Below are positions 17,243-24,911 of a stretch of 25,191 bases of DNA, piece after piece. How positions within the stretch are numbered: the first letter of the stretch is position 1; each line of letters begins with the position of its first letter. The notes under the pieces were generated by a model. It did not search any database, was not told the DNA's origin, and saw only the letters and a program-made list of their open reading frames with translations. The stretch is from a virus. Taxonomy: Duplodnaviria > Caudoviricetes. A program made the translations under genes and the position numbers. The stretch covers positions 1 through 25,191 of IMG/VR virus record IMGVR_UViG_3300047461_000116; one strand, written 5' to 3'.

Positions 17243-17351
17243 CGGCCTTCACGGTCCGTTTTTTAGATTTTGGCGCGTCAACAGAAGAAGAGGCCACCGC
17301 ATTTGCGGCAGCCTCAATCTCATGTTTTCGCCGGAAAGCGAACAACCCCAT
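17178..17351 (-). CDS. Small basic hypothetical protein (57 aa)
   Basis: Not in the track (<60 aa): MGLFAFRRKHEIEAAANAVASSSVDAPKSKKRTVKADGNLNRRNSGRRKRQQLPDAE; TGATG coupling at 17349-17353; fills the gap and overlaps the adaptor gene by 65 nt. Confidence 0.65.
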   Translation of the reverse strand: MGLFAFRRKHEIEAAANAVASSSVDAPKSKKRTVKADGNLNRRNSGRRKRQQLPDAE

Positions 17352-17713
17352 CAGGAAGCTGCACTCTTGATGACAACAAAGTTCAGCACAAGGGCTTCAC
17401 CTGCAGTCGAACCGACGTTGGAAAGGGTCACATCGAAAGACCCAGCAGCAACGGCGCTCACACTTGCGATGTAAGTACCGGTGCTTGCACCAGATTGCAC
17501 GCAGACAGACACCACATCGGTGGCGGCCACTTCGCTGTTAGTAACGGTGAAGGAAACTTCAGCCGCACCAGCAAGGGAAGCGTCGTCAGTGGTGATCTGA
17601 CCGCAGGGCTGGTTCAGGGTTACGCCAGTGGACTTATCGGTCAACTGGGTAACAGCGCCGCCTTTGACATAGCCAATGGCTTTGCCGGCGGTTACTTCAA
17701 AGAGGGATGCCAT
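17351..17713 (-). CDS. Putative capsid decoration/cement protein (120 aa)
   Basis: Beta-rich, Ala/Ser/Thr/Val-rich protein directly after the capsid gene with a GAGGT RBS. Confidence 0.6.
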   Translation of the reverse strand: MASLFEVTAGKAIGYVKGGAVTQLTDKSTGVTLNQPCGQITTDDASLAGAAEVSFTVTNSEVAATDVVSVCVQSGASTGTYIASVSAVAAGSFDVTLSNVGSTAGEALVLNFVVIKSAAS

Positions 17714-17724
17714 GGTTAATTACC

Positions 17725-18750
17725 TCAGTCTTGGTTGGAAACGTTGGTAATACGCACGATCCCGACGTTCTTGGTCTCAAAGACTTTCGTCCAGTTAGAC
17801 GCAGTTTCGAGAACAGTGCGGGTCGGGTTCACGGTTGCAGAACCGTACTTAGCACCAACGGGGTGGTACACATAATGAGCGTCAAGGCTCATTGCATCGG
17901 ATTTGGCAAGGATGTCCCGGTCTTGCTCGATGTCGAGGCCGGTTTGCTCGCCAGATGCAACAGCGCCAGGAGTGAATGCATAAGTTGCATACTCGGTTGA
18001 AGAACCAGAGCCTGCAGTCTGCACATCGTCGCTAACAATCACGCGCATTCCCATGTAAACGGGAACGGAAGGATTGCCGAACTGGCCGCTCACATCACCA
18101 CCTGACTGGGTGGTAGAAGTGCCGCGTGCATCTTCAGTGCTGACGTACTGAATTGCGTTGCGCTCAACGAGGTCGTAGTAAACCTTGCTGTGCATACAAA
18201 GCACAGAAAGCTTCTCGCCTTGGTCGCCCAGAATTGACCGAGCTTTTGCAATCTGACGCGCAGAAAGTGCGGTCGGAGTGTCACCAGACTCAGAGTCAAT
18301 GCACAGATCAAAGAATGCGCTGCTGCTGGTGTTGGCGTTCAGGGAACCGAACACACCGCTAAGGGTGGAAATCAGATCCTTTTGACGCTGGTGCGCAATG
18401 TAGCCAGCAAGTTTTTGACCAATAGCGGCCATAGGGTCCGAACCAGCCGCGAGGCTTGCGAGATCACGCGATTCGAACGCACGTCCCCTGTGGAGGATGA
18501 CGGCAGTTTGCTGGTTGGTTGTGATTTTGCCGGGAGTCAGTGAAGAGCTATCGGTCAGCACTTCAAAGTCGCCAGCCAGGTTTGCTGCGAAAGCAGGAAC
18601 CTTGACGAAATCACCGCCCTCGGTGGCATTCAGTTCCGCCATCGGAGACACAACACCGGACTGCAGGAATGCATCCCGACGGGTGGTCTCTTCAATGATG
18701 TACGGGGTAAATACCTCGGGTACGATGATATCGCTACGCAGGGTAGCCAT
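17725..18750 (-). CDS. Major capsid protein (341 aa)
   Basis: TLRSDIIVPEVFTPY, GGDFVKVP, LTPGKIT, GSDPMAAIG, MHSKVYYDL, YMGMRVIVSDD and IEQDRDILA motifs of HK97-fold coat proteins. Confidence 0.95.
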   Translation of the reverse strand: MATLRSDIIVPEVFTPYIIEETTRRDAFLQSGVVSPMAELNATEGGDFVKVPAFAANLAGDFEVLTDSSSLTPGKITTNQQTAVILHRGRAFESRDLASLAAGSDPMAAIGQKLAGYIAHQRQKDLISTLSGVFGSLNANTSSSAFFDLCIDSESGDTPTALSARQIAKARSILGDQGEKLSVLCMHSKVYYDLVERNAIQYVSTEDARGTSTTQSGGDVSGQFGNPSVPVYMGMRVIVSDDVQTAGSGSSTEYATYAFTPGAVASGEQTGLDIEQDRDILAKSDAMSLDAHYVYHPVGAKYGSATVNPTRTVLETASNWTKVFETKNVGIVRITNVSNQD

Positions 18751-18781
18751 AACAAATTACCAAAAAAAGGTTTACTGAGTC

Positions 18782-18816
18782 GGGCACAGCCCTTGTTGGC
18801 TCAGCACAGCCTCGCC
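18782..18816 (-). promoter_or_regulatory. Two CUGUG-loop hairpins in the capsid gene leader
   Basis: GGC-GA-GG-CTGTG-CT-GA-GCC (18816-18798) and GGG-CTGTG-CCC (18792-18782). Confidence 0.6.
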
Positions 18817-18827
18817 GTGATTAGATA

Positions 18828-19502
18828 CTAACGACCAGCTGCAAGTTTGAGCCTTTCGTACAAATCACGATCAGTGCGAGCCAAACGCATCTGTTCGGTG
18901 ATGTTGTAATGTTCTGGGCTGAACGGATTCTTCGTTCCTGCAGGAATGTCGCCGTTGCCGCGACTTGTCGGTGCGCCAGAACCTTGTGGTTTAGGTGCTT
19001 TCTGCATCCAGTCAGGCACATTTTGTTTCGCCCAGTCAGATACAGGTGTGCGCTGATAACCGTCAACCACTACAACGGTGCCATCAGATTCGCGCTCGAT
19101 CTGATTGCGATCTAGCTTCGTGTTCAGCACTAGCTCAGGATCATGCACAACATCAGCCAATGCACTAACAGCAGGGCTGATTAACTCAAGTTCACGAATA
19201 CGGGCCTCAAGTTCTGCAATCCGCTTGTCTTTTTCAGACGTTGCTTCGCGGAACTGTTGTTCAAGTGCTTGGCGGGCTTCGTCATACTTGCCCTTTGACT
19301 CAAGCTTCGATTGTTCGACGCTGCGCTTGAACTCGATCAGCTCGTTGACATCGACGCCATCAGGAACAGCTTTTGACTGTTGCTTGGCTTTCTTGTACTC
19401 ATCTAGAAGCTCGGCATTTTTGCGCCGCATTGCTTCTAGTTCGTTTTGCAGATTAGACAGTTCTGCATTTTGCTCCACAGGAGCAGTTTGCTCTTCAGAC
19501 AT
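18828..19502 (-). CDS. Capsid scaffolding protein (224 aa)
   Basis: Acidic coiled coil with a GKYDEA motif and C-terminal GSGAP...KNPF...NITEQMRL...DLYERLK; immediately before the capsid gene. Confidence 0.85.
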   Translation of the reverse strand: MSEEQTAPVEQNAELSNLQNELEAMRRKNAELLDEYKKAKQQSKAVPDGVDVNELIEFKRSVEQSKLESKGKYDEARQALEQQFREATSEKDKRIAELEARIRELELISPAVSALADVVHDPELVLNTKLDRNQIERESDGTVVVVDGYQRTPVSDWAKQNVPDWMQKAPKPQGSGAPTSRGNGDIPAGTKNPFSPEHYNITEQMRLARTDRDLYERLKLAAGR

Positions 19503-19519
19503 TTAACCCACAGGGCTAA
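19471..19519 (-). promoter_or_regulatory. Two CUGUG-loop hairpins flanking the scaffold start codon
   Basis: TTAGCC-CTGTG-GGTTAA abuts the ATG (19519-19503); TGCTC-CTGTG-GAGCA lies in codons 6-11 (19485-19471). Confidence 0.65.
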
Positions 19520-19529
19520 TTTGCAGGCT

Positions 19530-19541
19530 TAGTTTACACCT
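19530..19541 (-). promoter_or_regulatory. Putative -10 element upstream of the scaffold gene
   Basis: AGGTG-TAAACT-A fits TAnnnT; the same GTAAACTA precedes the portal gene. Confidence 0.45.
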
Positions 19542-19544
19542 TTT

Positions 19545-19820
19545 CTACCATTTGGTTTTATTTGACCAGTAGGCTGCAGACATTTTGCCCTTGGCAATGT
19601 TTTGCGCATGTCGCGCCTTAAATGATGCGCGGCGTTCTTTGGCCGCTTTACTTTCACCACTACGACGCGGTGAACCTGAAACGCCTTGTTGACCAAAGCG
19701 AATCAGTTTCACCTTGTCGCCTTCTTTCGCAAGTACCGCGTGCGATTTCTTCGGATGACCTGGCGTCCGCTTCGGTTTGTTGTAACCGCTGAATTCTTCG
19801 CCGCGATACTTGATGCTCAT
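19545..19820 (-). CDS. Small basic conserved viral protein (91 aa; resembles DUF5754-like proteins)
   Basis: KVKLIRFGQQG, RRASFKARH and SAAYWS motifs familiar from marine phage genomes; the family name is tentative. Confidence 0.65.
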   Translation of the reverse strand: MSIKYRGEEFSGYNKPKRTPGHPKKSHAVLAKEGDKVKLIRFGQQGVSGSPRRSGESKAAKERRASFKARHAQNIAKGKMSAAYWSNKTKW

Positions 19821-20041
19821 TTACGCTTCGGCGCGGAACGCAACTGTGAACGACGTTTCAACACAGGGTTGCCCGTGCTTTCCGACTTGATGCGGATCAC
19901 CGGGTCTTCCTTGCTGCCGACTCGGGTGACAGTGCCACCGCTCGGTCCTTTAACAGATGCCCGTGTACCTGCAGAACCAGTTACGACACCGAAGGTCCGC
20001 TTGCCTTGATACATCCAACTAACGCGCTGTCCTTTTTTCAT
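19817..20041 (-). CDS. Small Tudor/SH3-like protein (DUF2945/Hva1-Tudor-like, 74 aa)
   Basis: KKGQRVSW......FGVV and R.GSKEDPVIRIKSESTG..VLKRRSQL pattern; ATGA coupling on both sides. Confidence 0.65.
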   Translation of the reverse strand: MKKGQRVSWMYQGKRTFGVVTGSAGTRASVKGPSGGTVTRVGSKEDPVIRIKSESTGNPVLKRRSQLRSAPKRK

Positions 20042-20109
20042 TTTTTCTTGCTGCCTTTTTTCTTGACCGGTTTGGCGGGCTTTTTAGGGCCTTTCATGTA
20101 GCCAGGCAT
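20038..20109 (-). CDS. Lysine-rich microprotein (23 aa)
   Basis: MPGYMKGPKKPAKPVKKKGSKKK*; fills the gap and ends in an ATGA overlap with the next gene. Confidence 0.6.
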   Translation of the reverse strand: MPGYMKGPKKPAKPVKKKGSKKK

Positions 20110-20127
20110 GACAATGAAGACGCTGCT

Positions 20128-21378
20128 TCAATTTATCCGGCCGTAACGTTTCCGCAGGTCGGCCAGTGTTAATTCACTACCGTCATCGCGTACAAGCTTT
20201 GCGATTGCATCACGCGGGCCATACTTGCGGGAAAGCCTTTTGAAGTATGGAACTCGTGATTCTCCTAATGCTTCTACTTGTCGTGATTTGCCTTGCTTAG
20301 AAAGCCATTCGCCATAACTCTGATTTGCAGGCACCATGCCACCCTGCGCAGCACGACGGCCAACTGGTAGCGGTGTTTCGCCTTCCTCTTGTTCAATCAC
20401 CGGAACAGTCGTGGACCTGCAGTTGAAATGCTGCGGTGGTTTTGGTCCCTTGCCGTATTCAAACTCGCGGCCATCTAATGCACGACAGATTGCAGAGGTG
20501 CGCGTATCAAGCGTTGCGACGTAGCGATATCGCTTGGTGATGTCTTGGTTTGCCTCGTAGACCTGTTGCGATGCAGCGTTCGCGACTTGATTCACGCTGG
20601 TGCGCACAAGGGTCAGCACTTGGCTGTTCGTCACCCTCGTTAGTTCGCCGCCTGCTTTCTGCAGTTGCTTGACTGACAAGCCAGCTGCACGCACTTGACC
20701 GCGCGACAACGGACCAATATCACCAAAATCCAGCCGACCTTTGATGCGGTTTGCGATTTCCTGTGTTGGCTCACCAGTTAGCAAACCTTGCCGCACAACC
20801 TGCGCAAAACGTTCAGCCTGCTTCTCTGCAATGCCGCGAAATGCTTTGTTGACGACTTGACCGCTTGGCAACGTGATCGCCGTGCCTTGCGTTGCAGTAA
20901 GGCTGAACCTCTGCGGTGATCCTTCAACAGCAGCGAACAAGTCATCGCTAAGCGTCACAACTCCGATCTGCGTCGGGTCAGTCATCACGACCGATTGTGC
21001 AAACTGCGGTGAAATCTCAACCGTGTTGACAGCAGTGCGCGAACCAGCCGGCAAAGCTTGTTCCAGCTGACCTTGTACAAATTCAGACTGCAGTTCAGCC
21101 AAACCCTGCAACTCTGACGCAGTGAGCAACGAACTGTCGCCCGCCCAGGTGTCGAGTGATTCCTTAAGTTGTGCCAATATCGACCGCAACCGTGCGGCCT
21201 TTGCTGGCGCAGTAATTGGCTGTAATTCACCTTCAGTAACGTTCGGAATCAGCCTCTGCAGTTGATCTACAGAGTCCAAAATAATACGGTTGTAATTTTC
21301 GATGATCTGCCGTGCAACACTGTTGCTGTAACGATTCAGATCAATCGCATTTCTGAACAAAACTGAGGGTGTGCTCAT
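20128..21378 (-). CDS. Minor head protein (Mu gpF/SPP1 gp7 family)
   Basis: LVRTSVNQVAN, YRYVATLDTRTSAICRALDG, PPQHFNCRSTTVP and SYGEWL motifs. Confidence 0.92.
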   Translation of the reverse strand: MSTPSVLFRNAIDLNRYSNSVARQIIENYNRIILDSVDQLQRLIPNVTEGELQPITAPAKAARLRSILAQLKESLDTWAGDSSLLTASELQGLAELQSEFVQGQLEQALPAGSRTAVNTVEISPQFAQSVVMTDPTQIGVVTLSDDLFAAVEGSPQRFSLTATQGTAITLPSGQVVNKAFRGIAEKQAERFAQVVRQGLLTGEPTQEIANRIKGRLDFGDIGPLSRGQVRAAGLSVKQLQKAGGELTRVTNSQVLTLVRTSVNQVANAASQQVYEANQDITKRYRYVATLDTRTSAICRALDGREFEYGKGPKPPQHFNCRSTTVPVIEQEEGETPLPVGRRAAQGGMVPANQSYGEWLSKQGKSRQVEALGESRVPYFKRLSRKYGPRDAIAKLVRDDGSELTLADLRKRYGRIN

Positions 21379-21641
21379 TACTCATGCATCCCCACTTCTT
21401 CAGGGTCATAAGGGCATTGCAGGCAAACCTCAGCGCCGCCTTCAATCGCGGTTTTCATGACCTCGGCAAAACCTTTGATAGTTTCCTCGCCTTCGTCAAT
21501 GATTCGCACTTCGTCCACTTGTTCTGCGCCATGCTCTGAAAACCAAGTCATCCGCACAATGGCAAACAACGGGTGCGGCAATTCGCGCTGAACGTAGTGG
21601 ATCTGATATTTCTCTGATTTATTTGGCGTGTCCGATTCCAT
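21378..21641 (-). CDS. Acidic hypothetical protein (87 aa)
   Basis: Fills the portal-gpF gap, TAATG-coupled to gpF; ATG 21641 preferred over TTG 21647. Confidence 0.7.
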   Translation of the reverse strand: MESDTPNKSEKYQIHYVQRELPHPLFAIVRMTWFSEHGAEQVDEVRIIDEGEETIKGFAEVMKTAIEGGAEVCLQCPYDPEEVGMHE

Positions 21642-21672
21642 GATCAATCCGCCACTAATCCATCATGCCCGA

Positions 21673-23061
21673 TCATTCAATGATCGTGTCTTCGGGTGCA
21701 GCATCAAGCAAGCCGCCAGCCTGTGTGGCTTCAAGTTCACCTTCAATGTCAAAGTCATCGCCCAGCACTTCGTTGTCGCTGAGTTGTGACAGCAAGGTTT
21801 CTTGCGTGATCGTGCCAGCGGTGTAAAGCTGCAGCAGTGCTTGAATCTCTTGCGGTTCGAGGCGTGTGCCAAGAAAATCGCGGTTGACGTAGCAGCTGCC
21901 GGGTTGGCGATCGTTCAAATACTGCGCATGAAACTGCAGGCAGTTGTCGATCATGTCCTGCATGTTTTGCGCGATGACCATCATGGTGCTGTCACCTTGA
22001 CTGCGATCAAGACGCTTAGCTTCTGCGGTCTCGGCACTCAGCTTTTGACCAAGCACAGCAGACAGACCCAGTTCGTTGATCTGCTTTTCGATTTGATCAA
22101 GTCGTTGGAACTGCGATGCAAATGCATCTGATGGCGGGGCAATATATTGTGCGTCACCTTCGGCAGGGAAGCTAATCGCCTCACCAGGACCAGCACTAAC
22201 TTCCTCTGCGCTAGACGGAAAGCCCTTGAAAATCAAGAATGGCACCGCACTGATGTGCAGCTGATTGTCGAGATCGCTTTGCACCTGATATGCCTTCAGG
22301 TTCAGCATCGCGATATCTTCCAGCGGCGGCCGCGATTCCATGTAATTTACGCGGTTGGCGTATGCAACGCTGAACGGGATATCTTGCAGGCTTGTCGTAC
22401 CTTCATCGACGATTTCCATCTTGCCTTTCTTCTCGTCTTTCTGAAACAGCTTGAACTCACCAGGCGTCAACACACGCACCTGTTGCACTTGCTTTTCGCC
22501 GTACTCACCGTCAGGCAGCGTCACTGTTTCAGACAACCGCAGCTGGGTTAGTTTCTGCTGCCCGTCGATAATTTCATGTCTGAAGCCTAAAATTTGGCGC
22601 GGCGTATAAGTTACCCAGTAAGGCCTGCCGTTGCCATCAGTAGGTGCATCAACAAGAACGCCGATGTGCCCGTAACGAATCAGCTTGCGTGCTGTTTCAT
22701 AGGTCCAAACGTTGAGGTCATCTTGCAGGTCAACGTTGAACAGCTGTTCACGGATCTGATCTGACGTGTCGTTAAGCCGCACCGGCTTACGGGTCAACAT
22801 GCCCGCCAGCATTTTTTCGAGGCGCTGCAGGTAAGGGGGAACGACTGACCTGCTCAAACGATGGTCATAGCTGATATCTTGCTCTCGTTCTTCCTGTGGC
22901 AAGTACCGGCGATGACGACGCCGCACTTCGTAAGTGCCACCGATTAAGTCTTCGATTAGACCCCAATGCGGTTCTTGGTTGTGCCAAGCGGCATTAGGGT
23001 CTGAGACCTGCGAAACTTTGCTGAATCGCTGGCGATCGTAATGAGAAAAACCAGAATACAC
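21673..23061 (-). CDS. Portal protein (DUF4055-containing, 462 aa)
   Basis: YLPQ....SYDHRL, YGHIGVLVD, RPYWVTY, IPFSVAY, PPLEDIAMLNLKAYQVQSD, LHISAVP and GTITQETLL motifs; GTG start. Confidence 0.93.
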   Translation of the reverse strand: MYSGFSHYDRQRFSKVSQVSDPNAAWHNQEPHWGLIEDLIGGTYEVRRRHRRYLPQEEREQDISYDHRLSRSVVPPYLQRLEKMLAGMLTRKPVRLNDTSDQIREQLFNVDLQDDLNVWTYETARKLIRYGHIGVLVDAPTDGNGRPYWVTYTPRQILGFRHEIIDGQQKLTQLRLSETVTLPDGEYGEKQVQQVRVLTPGEFKLFQKDEKKGKMEIVDEGTTSLQDIPFSVAYANRVNYMESRPPLEDIAMLNLKAYQVQSDLDNQLHISAVPFLIFKGFPSSAEEVSAGPGEAISFPAEGDAQYIAPPSDAFASQFQRLDQIEKQINELGLSAVLGQKLSAETAEAKRLDRSQGDSTMMVIAQNMQDMIDNCLQFHAQYLNDRQPGSCYVNRDFLGTRLEPQEIQALLQLYTAGTITQETLLSQLSDNEVLGDDFDIEGELEATQAGGLLDAAPEDTIIE

Positions 23062-23086
23062 AGCTAATCTCGCAGGCCAATGCTGA

Positions 23087-23094
23087 TAGTTTAC
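23087..23094 (-). promoter_or_regulatory. Putative -10 element upstream of the portal gene
   Basis: GTAAACTA overlapping the abrB stop codon, identical to the scaffold upstream motif. Confidence 0.4.
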
Positions 23095-23435
23095 TCAGCG
23101 TTTGCAGCAGTCAGAACAACGCTGTTGCGACCCACCTTGATGTCAAACTTTGCGCCAGGTTCCAGACCCAGTTCGCTGACATATGCGCTGCCGATTAGCA
23201 GCTTGCCATCTTTTTGGATCTTGGTCTGATGCGTTAGCTTGCGACCCATCCGCTTTTCGGTCTTTAGAACAAGACCTTTTGCGGCGAGCAAGGCTTCATA
23301 AAACTCGGTGAACTTGATGCGCTCACCTTGTCCATCAGGACGCTCAGTAACGTAACCACATGCACGCACCAAGTCGGATTTAGACAGATGCGTACCCTCG
23401 CGACATTTTGCGAGCAAATCAGCGCCTTCGAGCAT
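23091..23435 (-). CDS. abrB: Cyanobacterial-type AbrB family transcriptional regulator (cyAbrB)
   Basis: L.GADLLAK......SKSDLVRACGY...FTEFYEALLAAKG (cyAbrB N-terminal domain) and GRKL......Q.DGKLLIGSAY...LGLEPG.KFDIKVGR (AbrB-like C-terminal domain). Confidence 0.9.
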   Translation of the reverse strand: MLEGADLLAKCREGTHLSKSDLVRACGYVTERPDGQGERIKFTEFYEALLAAKGLVLKTEKRMGRKLTHQTKIQKDGKLLIGSAYVSELGLEPGAKFDIKVGRNSVVLTAANAE

Positions 23436-23476
23436 GTTTCAATAAACAGAACTCGACTAAGTTACACCTGAGGCAA

Positions 23477-23611
23477 TTAATTGTCTAGTGTTTTGTCTTT
23501 GATGATTTTGGCCGTGCCGTTGGCATTGACCTTGATCACTTGATGCTTGCGTGGTTCGCCATTTTTTGGCTGCAGCATCCGGCCGACCGCTGTGACTTTA
23601 GGCTTCGTCAT
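23477..23611 (-). CDS. Small basic hypothetical protein (44 aa)
   Basis: MTKPKVTAVGRMLQPKNGEPRKHQVIKVNANGTAKIIKDKTLDN*; GAGG RBS; overlaps the upstream stop; not in the track. Confidence 0.65.
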   Translation of the reverse strand: MTKPKVTAVGRMLQPKNGEPRKHQVIKVNANGTAKIIKDKTLDN

Positions 23612-23738
23612 CGTCAACCTCAAACAGGCTTTCGATCAGTTCGGCTTTAGTAATTTCAAGGGCACCGACCATTTCAATGAGCGATACCCCTTCCTGTTCA
23701 GCGATCAGGTCGTTCAGCTTGGTGAGGAATGATTCCAT
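23598..23738 (-). CDS. Small acidic helical hypothetical protein (46 aa)
   Basis: MESFLTKLNDLIAEQEGVSLIEMVGALEITKAELIESLFEVDDDEA*; amphipathic; tiles the gap; not in the track. Confidence 0.7.
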   Translation of the reverse strand: MESFLTKLNDLIAEQEGVSLIEMVGALEITKAELIESLFEVDDDEA

Positions 23739-23774
23739 AACGGAAGCATGTAGCGGCTGAACTATAGATCAGAT

Positions 23775-24893
23775 TTAACGCATTGACCTTGGCAACCTAA
23801 AACCACGGCGCGTTTTGTTGACTGATTTCAAGGCTTGCTTCGGATCCTTGTAAAACTCAAGGGCTCTTTCAGCGCGAAGATTGCCGCGTGTCATCTTTTG
23901 AGAAGGTCGCCTGATCATGGTTGATCCTGGCTTGTTACGGGTGTCAGCAGTACGGGCAAGGTTTGCTTGTGCTCGTTGCTCACGGCCAGCCCTCGTCAGC
24001 AACTTCACCTGTTGCGATGGTGCCATGCCTTTGATCGTGGCTTTTACCTCGCTGACTTTGCGGCCAGATTTAGCAGCGAAGTCCTTAGCAAGCTGATCGC
24101 CGTACTTGCCGCGAAGTGCTTTAGCGCGTGATTGATCAGACTTGAATTGCGCGTTGCGTGCTCGGCTTTCAGCGCGTTTAGTTGTGCGCTGCTGTGTGAC
24201 GTTGCGGGTGATCTCACTGTCAAGGCGACGACCGCGTGAACCACGCATCGGCACGTTTACAGAAGCAGTGTCGCCGCGTCGCCGTGCTGCATTCTTCGCC
24301 GCAAGTCGTTGACTGGCTGCACGTCGTTCGCGTTGCGCTCTGATCGAGTTATCACGACCAGGCAGCTGACCGGTTCTTGTGAAATCTTGCGCACGCTTCA
24401 ACGTCAAAGAACGCTTAATCGCTTTGTCGTATTGACGCGGATTTGGCAAGTTTCCATAACGAGTCATGTTCCGCAGGTTCGCTTCATTCACAGCGACCTT
24501 GCGATCAACGCGACGCGCAACAGTTCTCGGGTCATTGCCTTTGGTGCGTGGTTTGGCAACTGTTGATGCAGGACGTTGAGCACGAATCCGACGCGCTTTG
24601 GGTTGCGCAGGAATCACAGAGCCTCGATCAGCTATCAATCTGCGCTTGGCTGCAGTTCTGAGCTTCAGGCGATTTGTTGCCTGTTCGCGTGCGCTTGAAA
24701 CTTTCGGCTTTTCAGTGCGCCTTGCCTTGATCGTGCTGCGCTTTGTCGTTCCACGCTTGGATTCACCAGGCGTTGCTTTCATCGTTTGCGCTTTGCGTTT
24801 ATTGCCGCTTGCTGTTCTTAAACGACCGCCGCGAGCCGTTGCACCTGTGGTTGCAAATCTGCCGCGATTGTCGCGTACATATCGACGGGCCAT
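23775..24893 (-). CDS. Highly Arg/Lys-rich hypothetical protein (372 aa)
   Basis: Long ORF in operon orientation; about 28% R+K by hand count, no Cys or Trp; N-terminal RDNRGRFA motif. Confidence 0.8.
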   Translation of the reverse strand: MARRYVRDNRGRFATTGATARGGRLRTASGNKRKAQTMKATPGESKRGTTKRSTIKARRTEKPKVSSAREQATNRLKLRTAAKRRLIADRGSVIPAQPKARRIRAQRPASTVAKPRTKGNDPRTVARRVDRKVAVNEANLRNMTRYGNLPNPRQYDKAIKRSLTLKRAQDFTRTGQLPGRDNSIRAQRERRAASQRLAAKNAARRRGDTASVNVPMRGSRGRRLDSEITRNVTQQRTTKRAESRARNAQFKSDQSRAKALRGKYGDQLAKDFAAKSGRKVSEVKATIKGMAPSQQVKLLTRAGREQRAQANLARTADTRNKPGSTMIRRPSQKMTRGNLRAERALEFYKDPKQALKSVNKTRRGFRLPRSMR

Positions 24894-24911
24894 GACTTGC
24901 AGCCGATTAAC

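Noticed and set aside
16580-24625. Other minus-strand CTGTG occurrences inside CDSs (~16586, ~18302, ~24615)
   Set aside because: Flanks do not close a pentaloop stem, so they were not counted as members of the hairpin family; the scan was by eye and not exhaustive.
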